Source: Bacteroidota bacterium (GTDB lineage: Bacteria > Bacteroidota > Bacteroidia > Sphingobacteriales > Sphingobacteriaceae). From it: DNA of 64,000 nt. Position numbers and translations under genes: made by a program. The stretch is taken from the NCBI GenBank assembly GCA_018266935.1, contig JAFDZL010000468.1:5246-69245 (forward strand), in the 5' to 3' direction. Of this stretch, positions 10,496 to 19,744 are shown piece by piece. The notes under the pieces were generated by a model. The model searched no databases and was not told the origin of the DNA. It saw only the letters and a list, made by a program, of their open reading frames with translations. Positions within the stretch are counted from its first letter, which is position 1. Every line of letters starts with the position of its first letter.

Positions 10496-11140
10496 ATGAT
10501 ATTCAGGCTGGACGAACGCTTGCTTTTCCCCGACCCGGCCCTGGCCGAGGAAGACGGTTTATTGGCGATTGGCGGCGACTTGTCGGTCGGCCGCCTTTTG
10601 CTGGCTTACCGGAACGGTATTTTCCCCTGGTATAATGAGGATACGCCCATACTGTGGTATTCGCCGCATGAGCGCTTTGTATTATTTCCCGGCGAATTGA
10701 AAATCTCAAAAAGCATGGGACAGGTATTACGTTCGGGTAAATTCCGGGTGACCTGCAATACTTGTTTTGAAGATGTGATAGAAGCCTGTTCTGCTGCGGA
10801 ACGCAAAGGCCAGGACGGAACATGGATCATAAAAGAGATGAAGGAAGCCTACATACGGTTACATCGTGAAGGTCATGCGCATTCGGTTGAAGTTTGGGAA
10901 GCAGGTAAACTGGTTGGAGGATTGTACGGCGTTGAAATAGGTAAAATATTTTGCGGCGAAAGTATGTTCAGCAAGGTAAGCAATGCATCGAAAGCCGCTT
11001 TGATCGACCTGTGTCAAAGCGGGAAATACAAACTGATCGACTGCCAGGTGCATACGGAGCACCTGGAATCTATGGGCGCGCGAATGATAACCCGGGAAGA
11101 ATATATGCGCATCCTGCAAAATGCGGAAGGGAAAAGTTAG
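10496..11140 (+). CDS. aat: Leucyl/phenylalanyl-tRNA--protein transferase
   Basis: LLAYRNGIFPWY, ...HSVEVW..G.LVGGLYG..IG..FCGESMF motifs. Confidence 0.9.
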   Translation: MIFRLDERLLFPDPALAEEDGLLAIGGDLSVGRLLLAYRNGIFPWYNEDTPILWYSPHERFVLFPGELKISKSMGQVLRSGKFRVTCNTCFEDVIEACSAAERKGQDGTWIIKEMKEAYIRLHREGHAHSVEVWEAGKLVGGLYGVEIGKIFCGESMFSKVSNASKAALIDLCQSGKYKLIDCQVHTEHLESMGARMITREEYMRILQNAEGKS

Positions 11141-11256
11141 TTTTGGAAATTCTTTCTCTATACCCTCTGTGAAAAGCTCCGCGCGCTCTGTGGTTTAAAA
11201 ATTAAACACGGAGTACACAAAGGAGGCACAGAGTTAACAGAGTATTGCCGCGGTTT

Positions 11257-11847
11257 ATGCAGGAAAATTTACAAAAAGAACGCATCATCTTAGGTATCGA
11301 CCCGGGAACGGCGGTAATGGGCTATGGCCTGGTGAAGGAAACCGGCAACAAGATCGAACTGATAAACCTTGGCGTAATCAAAATGGAGAGCCTGGACGAT
11401 CACATGCTGAAGCTGCAGCGTATTTTTGAAAAAACCGTCCACCTGATAAATAATTATCACCCCGATTGCTTAGCCATCGAGGCGCCATTCTATGGCAAAA
11501 ACATACAGGTGATGCTGAAGCTGGGCCGCGCACAGGGCGTTGCTATGGCGGCCGCATTGTCCCGCAACGTTTCGATCACCGAGTATTCGCCCCGAAAGAT
11601 CAAACAGGCCATCACCGGCAATGGCAACGCCACCAAGGAGCAGGTTGCCGCAATGCTGCAAAACCTTTTGAAATTTAAGGAAACGCCAGAGTTTTTGGAC
11701 GCTACCGACGGGCTGGCCGTGGCTGTTTGTCATTCGTTCCAAAAACTGCCGACAGGGAAAAGTGGTTCAAAGAAGTCCTATTCTGGTTGGGAGACTTTTG
11801 TGAAAGATAACCAGAACCGGGTTAGCGGATTAAAGATTAAAAAATAG
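11257..11847 (+). CDS. ruvC: Crossover junction endodeoxyribonuclease RuvC
   Basis: ILGIDPGTAVMGYGLV and IEAPFYGKNIQVMLKLGRAQG motifs. ATG at 11257; the ORF-track start at 11245 is a TTG. Confidence 0.9.
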   Translation: MQENLQKERIILGIDPGTAVMGYGLVKETGNKIELINLGVIKMESLDDHMLKLQRIFEKTVHLINNYHPDCLAIEAPFYGKNIQVMLKLGRAQGVAMAAALSRNVSITEYSPRKIKQAITGNGNATKEQVAAMLQNLLKFKETPEFLDATDGLAVAVCHSFQKLPTGKSGSKKSYSGWETFVKDNQNRVSGLKIKK

Positions 11848-12370
11848 CAGGGTTACCGTCAAAATCCCATTTATATTTTCTGCCTTCCCAATCAGTAGCA
11901 ATTATATAATTGTCGGTCAAACGAAAATTATCTTCCGAACTGTCTTGTGCCACAAAAATATCCGCCCCGCTTTGTTGCCATAATATTTGGCCATTCTGAT
12001 CTAACCGGCTTATCTCCAATTCACCGTGCACGATATAGTTATCCTTATGGGCAAATATCTCAAAACATGTGGCGGTATCGGCCTTTGTTCGCCATAGCAA
12101 TGACAATTCAGGTAACGTCAAACAGAATAAAGAGTCACCACAACAAATAATGATTTTGTTTTGGTTTACAATAAAAGATGTCTTATGTACTGTAGTTCCG
12201 CCACCGTCGGAATTGATCAATGTCGTTTTTAGGACATCTTCCGATAGGTAAGTTCTCAACAATATTGGCGAACTGAAGTATTCGCCCTCCGCGTAGACCT
12301 GGTCATATATTTGCTCTCCCGGCTTTGATATTATTTCAAGTTCAAATTCGCCGACGTCAATTCTATACAT
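11837..12370 (-). CDS. Hypothetical protein
   Basis: 177-aa ORF, AT-richer than its neighbours. Its 3' end overlaps the convergent ruvC by 11 nt. No family recognised. Confidence 0.5.
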   Translation of the reverse strand: MYRIDVGEFELEIISKPGEQIYDQVYAEGEYFSSPILLRTYLSEDVLKTTLINSDGGGTTVHKTSFIVNQNKIIICCGDSLFCLTLPELSLLWRTKADTATCFEIFAHKDNYIVHGELEISRLDQNGQILWQQSGADIFVAQDSSEDNFRLTDNYIIATDWEGRKYKWDFDGNPAIF

Positions 12371-12376
12371 GATTGA

Positions 12377-12778
12377 TTAGTCTTGTTTCAACGCTTCTCT
12401 TATCTTCTCCTCCGTCGCTTTAAGCTGTTCCGGCGTAAAAGTCAGTTTCGGTCGCGCGAAATTCAGGTCGCTCACATGGTTCATAGGTATCAGGTGAATA
12501 TGCGCGTGCGGCACTTCAAGGCCGATAACAGCTACGCCTATCCGCTTACAGGGAATAGCTTTTCGCAATCCCGTAGCCACGATCTTGGCGAATATCTGCA
12601 GGCCCGTATATAGCTCGTCGTCCAAGTCGAACAGATAATCCACCTCCTTTTTGGGGATTACCAGTACATGGCCCTCGGCCAGCGGGTTGATATCCAGGAA
12701 AGCCAGGTAATCGATGGTCTCGGCCACTTTATAGGCGGGGATCTCGCCGGCGACTATTTTTGAGAAGATGGTTGGCAT
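12377..12778 (-). CDS. HIT-family (histidine triad) protein
   Basis: Histidine triad HAHIHLIP and N-terminal IFSKIVAGEIPAYKV. Confidence 0.9.
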   Translation of the reverse strand: MPTIFSKIVAGEIPAYKVAETIDYLAFLDINPLAEGHVLVIPKKEVDYLFDLDDELYTGLQIFAKIVATGLRKAIPCKRIGVAVIGLEVPHAHIHLIPMNHVSDLNFARPKLTFTPEQLKATEEKIREALKQD

Positions 12779-12783
12779 ATTCT

Positions 12784-12863
12784 GAGTTGATTGAGTTGGA
12801 TTAAGTTGGTTAAGTTGATTAAGTTAAAACCATTCAACTTAATCAACCCAATCAACCACTTAA
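12784..12863. repeat. Imperfect palindrome built from GATTGAGTT/GATTAAGTT words (dispersed family)
   Basis: gagttgattgagttggattaagttggttaagttgattaagtt, then aaaacc, then attcaacttaatcaacccaatcaaccacttaac. Lies directly 3' of greA, so it is probably also a terminator. Confidence 0.7.
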
Positions 12864-13337
12864 CTAACGACTGATTTCGAGTATCTCGAACTCCATTTTC
12901 CCTGCGGGAACGGTGATCTCGGTCTTTTCGCCTACCTTTTTGCCCAGCAGGCCTTTGGCTATCGGCGAGGTTACGGATATCTTGCCCGACTTCAGGTCGG
13001 CTTCGCTTTCAGATACCAGCTGGTAACTCATCGTAGCGCCGTTCTTCGTGTTTTTGATCTTTACTTTGGATAAAGCCAGCACCTTGGAAGTATCCAGTTT
13101 GCTCTCATCAAGCAGGCGGGCGCTGGCCAGCAACTCCTCCATTTTGGCGATCTTGGTTTCATGGTGACCCTGCGCTTCTTTGGCAGCATCGTATTCGGCG
13201 TTTTCCGAAAGGTCGCCCTTGTCGCGCGCCTCCGCTATGGCCTTAGCAATGGCAGCTCTGCCGGCAGTTTTCAAGTGTTGTAATTCTTCCTTCAATTTAT
13301 CCAGGCCGTCCCTGGTATAGTATGCTACATCCGCCAT
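12864..13337 (-). CDS. greA: Transcription elongation factor GreA
   Basis: 157 aa with a coiled-coil N-terminus (...DLSENAEYDAAKEAQ...) and the C-terminal ...ISVTSPIAKGLLGKKVGE motif. Confidence 0.95.
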   Translation of the reverse strand: MADVAYYTRDGLDKLKEELQHLKTAGRAAIAKAIAEARDKGDLSENAEYDAAKEAQGHHETKIAKMEELLASARLLDESKLDTSKVLALSKVKIKNTKNGATMSYQLVSESEADLKSGKISVTSPIAKGLLGKKVGEKTEITVPAGKMEFEILEISR

Positions 13338-13414
13338 AATACCTTAGTTCTTTAATTTATAACTTAACATCAAAAAAAATAGTCCCCCTGTGTAAGGAAG
13401 GACGTGTGTGCATT

Positions 13415-13458
13415 AAAAACAAACAAGACTATATCGGCGACGCCTCCATAGTCTTGTT
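13415..13458 (-). terminator. Rho-independent terminator of the dehydrogenase gene
   Basis: 10-bp stem acaagactat/atagtcttgt, followed on the minus strand by ttgttttt. Confidence 0.6.
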
Positions 13459-13515
13459 TTCAGTAAAACGAAGATAAACTATTTAAGTTTTAAATTGCAA
13501 ATTTTTTTGAGCGAT

Positions 13516-14445
13516 TTATGGCTTGATCTGAGCCAGCTTTTCGGCCATCACCTCGCTGATGCGGCGGTAAGAATCAAAGGTCCAGCCGGCTACGTGGGGC
13601 GTCAGCAAAACCTTACCCGACTGCTTCAATTCTTCGAACCACAACTGCTCGCCCAGCGCGGGGAATTTCTCCACTTCCAGCACATCGAGGCCCGCTCCGA
13701 GTACTTTGCCATCCCTTATCGCGTTTAGCACGGCCTGTGTTTTCACCACTTTTCCGCGCGAAGTATTCAGCAAAAAGAAGGGCTTTTTGAAGTGGAACAG
13801 GTATTCGTCGTCCACCAGGCCGTTGGTCTCGCGCGTGAGCGGAACATGCAGGCTAAGCACATCACTGTGCTTTACAATTTCTTCCATGCTCACCTCGCGG
13901 GCATATTGATCACTGAAGCCGGTTTTGTACTTATCATAGGCGATCACGTTCACATCAAAGCCCGCCAGTTTTTTGGCGAAGCTGCTGCCCATAAAACCGT
14001 AGCCAATGATGCCGACGGTCTTACCACGCAGCTCATAGCCCCGGTTGGCTTCGCGTTTCCATATACCATGCCTGATCTCCCGGTCAGCGCGGTTGAAATT
14101 GTTCATCAGGCTCAGCAGCATACCAACAGCATGCTCGCCTACGGCATCCCGGTTGCCCTCAGGCGCGTTGATGAGGATGATGCCTTTTTGCTGAGCATAA
14201 TGCTCGTCGATATTATCCATCCCCGCCCCGGCGCGGCAGATGAAGCGGAGTTTAGTTGCGAGATCAAGTACCTTTTTATCTACCAAAAACTTGGAGCGGA
14301 TCACCAGGCCTTCATATTCACCCAAAATGGCATAAGCCTCATCAGGTTTGATGGCCGGCTGGTAATCGCAATGGTAGCCCAGGGCTTCCGCCTGTTCGAT
14401 AAAAACGGGGTGTATGTCGTCGACTATGAGGATATTCATTTGCAT
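13516..14445 (-). CDS. D-isomer-specific 2-hydroxyacid dehydrogenase (phosphoglycerate dehydrogenase-like)
   Basis: NAD-binding GKTVGIIGYGFMGS, plus ...LNTSRG..V and ...GAGLDV motifs. Confidence 0.85.
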   Translation of the reverse strand: MQMNILIVDDIHPVFIEQAEALGYHCDYQPAIKPDEAYAILGEYEGLVIRSKFLVDKKVLDLATKLRFICRAGAGMDNIDEHYAQQKGIILINAPEGNRDAVGEHAVGMLLSLMNNFNRADREIRHGIWKREANRGYELRGKTVGIIGYGFMGSSFAKKLAGFDVNVIAYDKYKTGFSDQYAREVSMEEIVKHSDVLSLHVPLTRETNGLVDDEYLFHFKKPFFLLNTSRGKVVKTQAVLNAIRDGKVLGAGLDVLEVEKFPALGEQLWFEELKQSGKVLLTPHVAGWTFDSYRRISEVMAEKLAQIKP

Positions 14446-14538
14446 TCAGCCACAAACATATTGATACCAAGCGAATTTTGCATCGGATTAATGTAATGAC
14501 TATGAAATTCAATAAATTTATAGTAGAAAAATTCACCG

Positions 14539-15288
14539 ATGTTGAAGCCTGTAACCTTAGCTGCTTTTACAGTTCTGATGCTATTTAGTAAGTTATCTTC
14601 AGCGCAGGATGAACTAAAAATCTCTCAAGAAAAAGCCAGCAAGAAGGACACGAAAATAGTTGAGATCAAATCCCTGGGTGGCAAAGATGTAAAGGTGCGC
14701 GTGATACCTGACTATGTTAATCATGTTCTGAAAGTTATCTGTTTAAAGGATAGCATCACTGTAAACAATTGGGGAATAGCACCTGATATAGCTATATTGA
14801 ATAATCAATTTATAAAATTAGAATATCCAATGAGAGCCGGTTCCAACGAGGGCCGCACGGATATGCTCATTGTATGCGTTAGTAACGGCAAGCTACACGA
14901 AGCAATCCATATCGTCGAAAGCACGAATTATGAATTTGGGGATAGCCATGAATTGTATGAAATAAAAACAGTCTTAAACGGCAATAACAAAAAGAACTAT
15001 CAATTGAACGTGAGTATTCACGATGATTCCTATTCAAAGGATAAACCTGAGGAGAATTTTGTGTATGACAGTCATTCCGTTTTGCATTTTGATACCATAA
15101 CAAATGCGTTTTATAGCATCAAAACGGGGTTTTGGGACACTCACACCTTCCATACTAACAAAGGCAGATCGTTCAAAAAGCATATGCGGGGATACTTTCC
15201 GGTAATCTTTTTAGGTGATTATACCTATTACCTAATTGACGGAAGATGGTATGAAAAAGAATTTGCTACTGGGTTTGACGAGATTTGA
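14539..15288 (+). CDS. Hypothetical secreted protein
   Basis: Signal peptide ...LFSKLSSAQ. AT-rich; no family recognised. Confidence 0.5.
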   Translation: MLKPVTLAAFTVLMLFSKLSSAQDELKISQEKASKKDTKIVEIKSLGGKDVKVRVIPDYVNHVLKVICLKDSITVNNWGIAPDIAILNNQFIKLEYPMRAGSNEGRTDMLIVCVSNGKLHEAIHIVESTNYEFGDSHELYEIKTVLNGNNKKNYQLNVSIHDDSYSKDKPEENFVYDSHSVLHFDTITNAFYSIKTGFWDTHTFHTNKGRSFKKHMRGYFPVIFLGDYTYYLIDGRWYEKEFATGFDEI

Positions 15289-15466
15289 TTATTAATTTTG
15301 TTTTTACATCGTGCAGGCCATATTTGGTTTTAATCTCCTGAATTACCTGTTCATGATCGTAAATATTGCCCTCTGCTATATCCTTTAGCCCGGCTTCAAT
15401 ACTATCTTTTACGTGGTCGGGCAAATCTTCAAAAAAATCCATATTCAAATTTAAGGAAGAATACAT
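15266..15466 (-). CDS. Small hypothetical protein, antitoxin-like C-terminal pattern
   Basis: Its ATG overlaps the rsmA stop as TAATG (15464-15468). LPDHVKDSIEAGLKDIAEGNIYDHEQVIQEIK resembles small RHH/antitoxin-type proteins. Confidence 0.4.
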   Translation of the reverse strand: MYSSLNLNMDFFEDLPDHVKDSIEAGLKDIAEGNIYDHEQVIQEIKTKYGLHDVKTKLIIKSRQTQ

Positions 15467-16248
15467 TACCTATTTTGAGATATCTTGTTCGTCAGGCCCA
15501 CAAAATCCTGCACACTCAACCGCTCGGCGCGCAGGTCGAGCATGGGCTCATCGGCCAGTTTTTCTTTATTAATGAGCGATGAAAGCGCATTACGCAATGT
15601 TTTCCGTCGTTGGTTGAAACCTGCTTTCACTACCTGCCAGAACAGCTTTTCGTCGCAGTCCAGTTTGGCGGTTTCATTGCGGGTGAGGCGTATCACTGCC
15701 GAAAGCACTTTCGGCGGCGGATTGAAAACGCCGGCCTTCACCGTAAACAAATACTCCACCTGGTAATAGGCTTGCAAAAACACGCTCAGGATTCCGTACT
15801 CTTTGCTTCCGGGTTTGGCGATACAGCGTTCGGCAACTTCCTTTTGGAACATGCCAACCACCTCCACCACGCGGTCGCGGTTGTCCAGCACTTTGAATAA
15901 TATCTGCGAGGAAATATTGTAAGGAAAATTGCCGATGATGCCGAAAGGCTGGCTAAAAACCTTGCTGAAATCCATTTCCAGGAAATCATCATTAATGAGC
16001 CGTTCACCCAATTGCGGGTATTTCTTTTGCAGGAATTCGCACGATTCGGTGTCGATGTCGATGAGGTAAGTTTGCAGGTCTTCCCGCTGCAGCAGGAAGT
16101 CGGACAGGATACCCATACCCGGCCCCACTTCCAAAACCTGGGAATAACCGCCCACTGCCAACTTCAAACTGCCAACTATTTTCGCGGCGATATTTTTATC
16201 CGTCAAAAAGTGCTGACCCAGATGCTTTTTAGCCCTTACCAGTGACAT
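15466..16248 (-). CDS. rsmA: 16S rRNA (adenine1518/1519-N6)-dimethyltransferase
   Basis: KKHLGQHFL and VLEVGPGMGILS (SAM-binding) motifs. Start chosen at MSLVRAKKH (16248); the ORF is open up to 16359. Confidence 0.9.
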   Translation of the reverse strand: MSLVRAKKHLGQHFLTDKNIAAKIVGSLKLAVGGYSQVLEVGPGMGILSDFLLQREDLQTYLIDIDTESCEFLQKKYPQLGERLINDDFLEMDFSKVFSQPFGIIGNFPYNISSQILFKVLDNRDRVVEVVGMFQKEVAERCIAKPGSKEYGILSVFLQAYYQVEYLFTVKAGVFNPPPKVLSAVIRLTRNETAKLDCDEKLFWQVVKAGFNQRRKTLRNALSSLINKEKLADEPMLDLRAERLSVQDFVGLTNKISQNR

Positions 16249-16394
16249 TTCGGCTTGAATTATTTGCCGCAAATTATACATATTTGTGCTTATAAGCCTA
16301 ATTCTTTTATTTGCATCTTTGTGCATGGCGCGAGGCGCATGGTGCATGGCGAAACCCAATGACCCAATGACCTAATGCCCCAATGACTAAAATC

Positions 16395-17450
16395 ATGAGT
16401 GAGAAACTGAAAATAGGCATAAGTATTGGTGACGTGAACGGCATCGGGCTGGAGGTGATCATCAAAACTTTGGCCGACCAAAAGATATATGACTACTGTA
16501 CGCCGATAGTTTATGGGCATACCAAGGTTGCTTCGTTCCACCGCCGTACCGTTGAGGTTCATGAATTGAATTTTAATGTAATCAACAATGCCGCGCAGGC
16601 GCAGCACAAAAAAGCCAATATGATCAATTGCTGGGAAGAGGATGTGAAGATCGACCTGGGCCAGGTTACCGAAGCGGGCGGCAAATACGCTTTTCTATCG
16701 CTGCAGCGAGCGACTGACGATTTGATCAGGGGTGACATCGATGCATTGGTGACCGCTCCAATCAATAAAGACAATATCCAGAGCGAGGAGTTCAAATTCC
16801 CCGGTCATACGGAATATTTGCAGGAAAAAGCAGGCGCACCCGATGTGCTGATGTTCTTAGTGAGCGATACTTTGCGGGTTGGCGTAGTAACCGGCCATAT
16901 ACCGCTGAACAAAGTTGCCGGAAGCATTTCAACCGAAAAGATATTGGCTAAGCTGAAGCTGATGGATGCCAGCCTGCGCCAGGATTTCTGGATACAACGG
17001 CCGAAGATCGCTGTTTTGGGATTGAACCCGCATGCCGGTGATAACGGACTCATCGGTGATGAAGAAGAAAAGGTCATCATCCCTGCGATCAATGAAGCTA
17101 AGGCTAACGATATTCTTGCCTTCGGTCCATACCCTGCCGACGGCTTCTTCGCCAATGGCTCGTACCTGAAATTTGATGCTGTGCTGGCCATGTACCACGA
17201 CCAGGGACTGATCCCTTTCAAACAAATGGCCTTCGACTCCGGTGTAAACTTTACCGCCGGGCTTAACTTCGTGCGCACTTCGCCCGACCATGGTACGGCT
17301 TATGATATTGCCGGTAAAAATGAAGCCTCAGCCGATTCCTTCCGCGAGGCGTTGTTTACGGCTATACATATTGTCCGCCGCCGCCGGGAAATGGAAGTGC
17401 TGACGGAGAATCCGCTGGTGATATCGAAGTTGAGCCGGGATAGGGATTAA
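16395..17450 (+). CDS. pdxA: 4-hydroxythreonine-4-phosphate dehydrogenase
   Basis: IGISIGDVNGIG, TAPINK and GLNPHAGDNG...HDQGLIPFK motifs. An alternative ATG at 16383 lies inside the ccaatgac word repeat. Confidence 0.9.
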   Translation: MSEKLKIGISIGDVNGIGLEVIIKTLADQKIYDYCTPIVYGHTKVASFHRRTVEVHELNFNVINNAAQAQHKKANMINCWEEDVKIDLGQVTEAGGKYAFLSLQRATDDLIRGDIDALVTAPINKDNIQSEEFKFPGHTEYLQEKAGAPDVLMFLVSDTLRVGVVTGHIPLNKVAGSISTEKILAKLKLMDASLRQDFWIQRPKIAVLGLNPHAGDNGLIGDEEEKVIIPAINEAKANDILAFGPYPADGFFANGSYLKFDAVLAMYHDQGLIPFKQMAFDSGVNFTAGLNFVRTSPDHGTAYDIAGKNEASADSFREALFTAIHIVRRRREMEVLTENPLVISKLSRDRD

Positions 17451-17469
17451 TCCGGGCTTATTGAATGCT

Positions 17470-17615
17470 CCATCGGAGCAAAATGTTGGTAGACATATCG
17501 CGAGGACCAAAATTCTGCGCCGTAGGTGCAGAACCCCGCCGCCTTCATCACGTGTTGCACCTACGGCGCAAAAACCATTTTGTTATTTTTTTCTACCGAC
17601 ATTTTACCCCGATGG
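17470..17615. repeat. Nested REP-like palindromic element
   Basis: Outer arms are ccatcggagcaaaatgttggtaga (17470-17493) and tctaccgacattttaccccgatgg (17592-17615). Inner arms are tctgcgccgtaggtgca (17514-17530) and tgcacctacggcgca (17556-17570). Confidence 0.75.
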
Positions 17616-17765
17616 GGTAATCTCTATTATCAATTCTGGTTCGGATGAAAAGGGAGGCCTTGCTAAATCTTTATCCTTTTAACTATTATAACATCTACGA
17701 CACCGCCAAACTTTACAACCCCTACACTAACAATCAACTTTTTTTTCCACATTCACAATTTTTCC

Positions 17766-17773
17766 CTACATTT
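17766..17773 (+). promoter_or_regulatory. Candidate Bacteroidota -7 promoter box (TAnnTTTG)
   Basis: TACATTTG sits immediately upstream of yceD-rpmF-plsX. It overlaps the ORF-track TTG start at 17772. Confidence 0.35.
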
Positions 17774-18314
17774 GCGGGCTAATTATCGCTCATTGAAATC
17801 GCAGAAAACATATTCAATTCCGTTCACCGGGCTAAAGCTTGGCAAGCACGATTTTGACTATGAGATCAGCAACGCTTTTTTTGATGAATATGAATATTCG
17901 CTGGTAAAAAAGGCCGATCTGAAATGCCATATCGAACTGGAAAAACAGGAAACTATGCTGATCCTGGATTTTCACATCACGGGCAGCATCGGGCTTACCT
18001 GCGACAAATGCCTCGGCGAATTTCCACAGCAGGTGGACATACGCGAGCAGCAGATAGCCAAGTTCAGCGAGGAAGCGATTGATGAGGACGAAGAAGTTAT
18101 TACCCTGACGAAGAATGATCACGAGATCAATGTTGCAGGGCTGATATATGAATATGTGAACGTTGCGGTGCCGTTTATTTCGGTTTGCAACGATCCGGGC
18201 AACACTCCTTATTGTGACGGGGGAATGCTGGAAAGGTTGAAAGCGCTGGAGGGCGACGACAGCCGGAATGATAAGTCGGACCCGCGTTGGGACGCCTTAA
18301 AAAACATTAAATGA
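17772..18314 (+). CDS. yceD: YceD/DUF177 family protein (start uncertain)
   Basis: Has the IPF.GLK.GKHDFDYEI and C..CL pattern of DUF177, and the conserved yceD-rpmF-plsX order. A TTG at 17793 is an alternative start. Confidence 0.75.
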   Translation: MRANYRSLKSQKTYSIPFTGLKLGKHDFDYEISNAFFDEYEYSLVKKADLKCHIELEKQETMLILDFHITGSIGLTCDKCLGEFPQQVDIREQQIAKFSEEAIDEDEEVITLTKNDHEINVAGLIYEYVNVAVPFISVCNDPGNTPYCDGGMLERLKALEGDDSRNDKSDPRWDALKNIK

Positions 18315-18330
18315 TTAAATTTTAGGATTT

Positions 18331-18522
18331 ATGCCACATCCAAAACGGAAATTTTCAAAATCGAGAACAGCGAAGCGCAGAACGCATTACAAAGCTGACG
18401 CTCCGACTTTAACCACCTGCAAAACTACCGGCGCGGTACACCTGCCACACAGGGCTTACACTGTTGACGGTAATGTTTATTATAACGGAAAGCTCCTGAT
18501 CGAGAAAGCTGCAACTGCCTAA
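18331..18522 (+). CDS. rpmF: 50S ribosomal protein L32
   Basis: MPHPKRKFSKSRTAKRRTH... is a typical L32 N-terminus. Confidence 0.95.
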   Translation: MPHPKRKFSKSRTAKRRTHYKADAPTLTTCKTTGAVHLPHRAYTVDGNVYYNGKLLIEKAATA

Positions 18523-18537
18523 GTTTAATTTTCCGCG

Positions 18538-19476
18538 ATGAAGATTGGCTTGGATATTATGGGCGGCGATTTCGCCCCGAAGGCAACGGTTTTAGGGGCG
18601 ATAGAGGCCCACAAAGCATTGCCCGAAGGCCAGCAGCTTGTTCTTATCGGCGATAAGGACACAGCTTTATCCATTCTTCGCGAGAATAATTACAGCGCAG
18701 ATCATTTCGAGTTCGTCCACACGACCGAGGTGATCGACATGCACGATCATCCCGCCAAAGCGGTCATCAAAAAAGCCGATTCGAGTATTAGTGTTGGGTT
18801 TCAATTGCTCAGGGAAGGAGCAATCGATGCCTTTTCGTCCGCTGGCAATACCGGTGCAATGCTGGTCGGGTCCGTGCTCAGCGTAAAAACGATAGAAGGG
18901 GTTTTGCGCCCTGCCATGTCAACCAATGTTCCGAAATTAGCCGGTGGCTTCGGCCTCCTGATCGACGTAGGCGCCAATGCCGACTGCAAACCCGAATATC
19001 TTTTTCAATTTGGTATTTTGGGAAGCATCTTTGCCGAAGCGGTTTATGGCATGAGCAATCCGCGCGTATCCCTGCTGAACATCGGCGAAGAGGAAGAGAA
19101 AGGCAACGCGCTTTGCCTGGCGGCCTATCCGCTGATGAAGGAAAGCGACAAATTCAACTTTGTAGGCAATATCGAGGGCCGCGACCTGTTTGGCGACATC
19201 GCCGACGTTTACGTTGCCGATGGTTTTACGGGCAACGTGGCGCTGAAAATGGCAGAATCCTTTTACGTGATATCGCTCAAGAAAAAGATCAATGACGAAT
19301 TTTTTGCGCGCTTCAACTACGAGCAGTACGGGGGCAGCCCCATACTGGGCATAAATGCCCCCGTTGTTGTCGGGCATGGCATTTCGAGCCCCGAGGCTAT
19401 CAAAAATATGGTGCTTTTATCAAGAGATATGGCCAAAAGCGGCCTGATTGAACGGATCAAAAGCGCCTTTCAATAA
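18538..19476 (+). CDS. plsX: Phosphate acyltransferase PlsX
   Basis: KIGLDIMGGDFAP and SAGNTGA motifs; 312 aa. Confidence 0.95.
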   Translation: MKIGLDIMGGDFAPKATVLGAIEAHKALPEGQQLVLIGDKDTALSILRENNYSADHFEFVHTTEVIDMHDHPAKAVIKKADSSISVGFQLLREGAIDAFSSAGNTGAMLVGSVLSVKTIEGVLRPAMSTNVPKLAGGFGLLIDVGANADCKPEYLFQFGILGSIFAEAVYGMSNPRVSLLNIGEEEEKGNALCLAAYPLMKESDKFNFVGNIEGRDLFGDIADVYVADGFTGNVALKMAESFYVISLKKKINDEFFARFNYEQYGGSPILGINAPVVVGHGISSPEAIKNMVLLSRDMAKSGLIERIKSAFQ

Positions 19477-19705
19477 TGTGCAGATTAATAATGTGCAGAT
19501 GTGCGAATATACAGATGTGCAGATTAAAACATCTTGCGATTTATGCGTGTTTAACCTATTAAACTAATAAAAAAATCATTTGCACATCCGCATATTTGCA
19601 CATCAAAAAACATTTGCACATTTGCACATTTGCACATCTGCACATACGCACATTGATATGCACATCAAAAAACATTTGCACATCTGCATATATGCACATA
19701 ATTTA
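19476..19705. repeat. Array of ATGTGCAGA words followed by their inverse TCTGCACAT/TTTGCACAT words
   Basis: 19476-19525 contains about 4 copies of (a)atgtgcaga(t). 19579-19700 contains at least 9 copies of catttgcacat, catctgcacat or atatgcacat. Confidence 0.8.
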
Positions 19706-19744
19706 GATACCACATTCTTCAAAAACTAACCAATTCCAAACTCT

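Noticed and set aside
13792-14496. 234-aa ORF on the plus strand
   Set aside because: It is antisense to the 2-hydroxyacid dehydrogenase gene, which has clear NAD-binding motifs.
19476-19705. Possible CRISPR array
   Set aside because: The repeat units are only ~9-11 nt and directly abut or are separated by a few nucleotides. There are no unique spacers of 25-40 nt, no leader and no cas genes.
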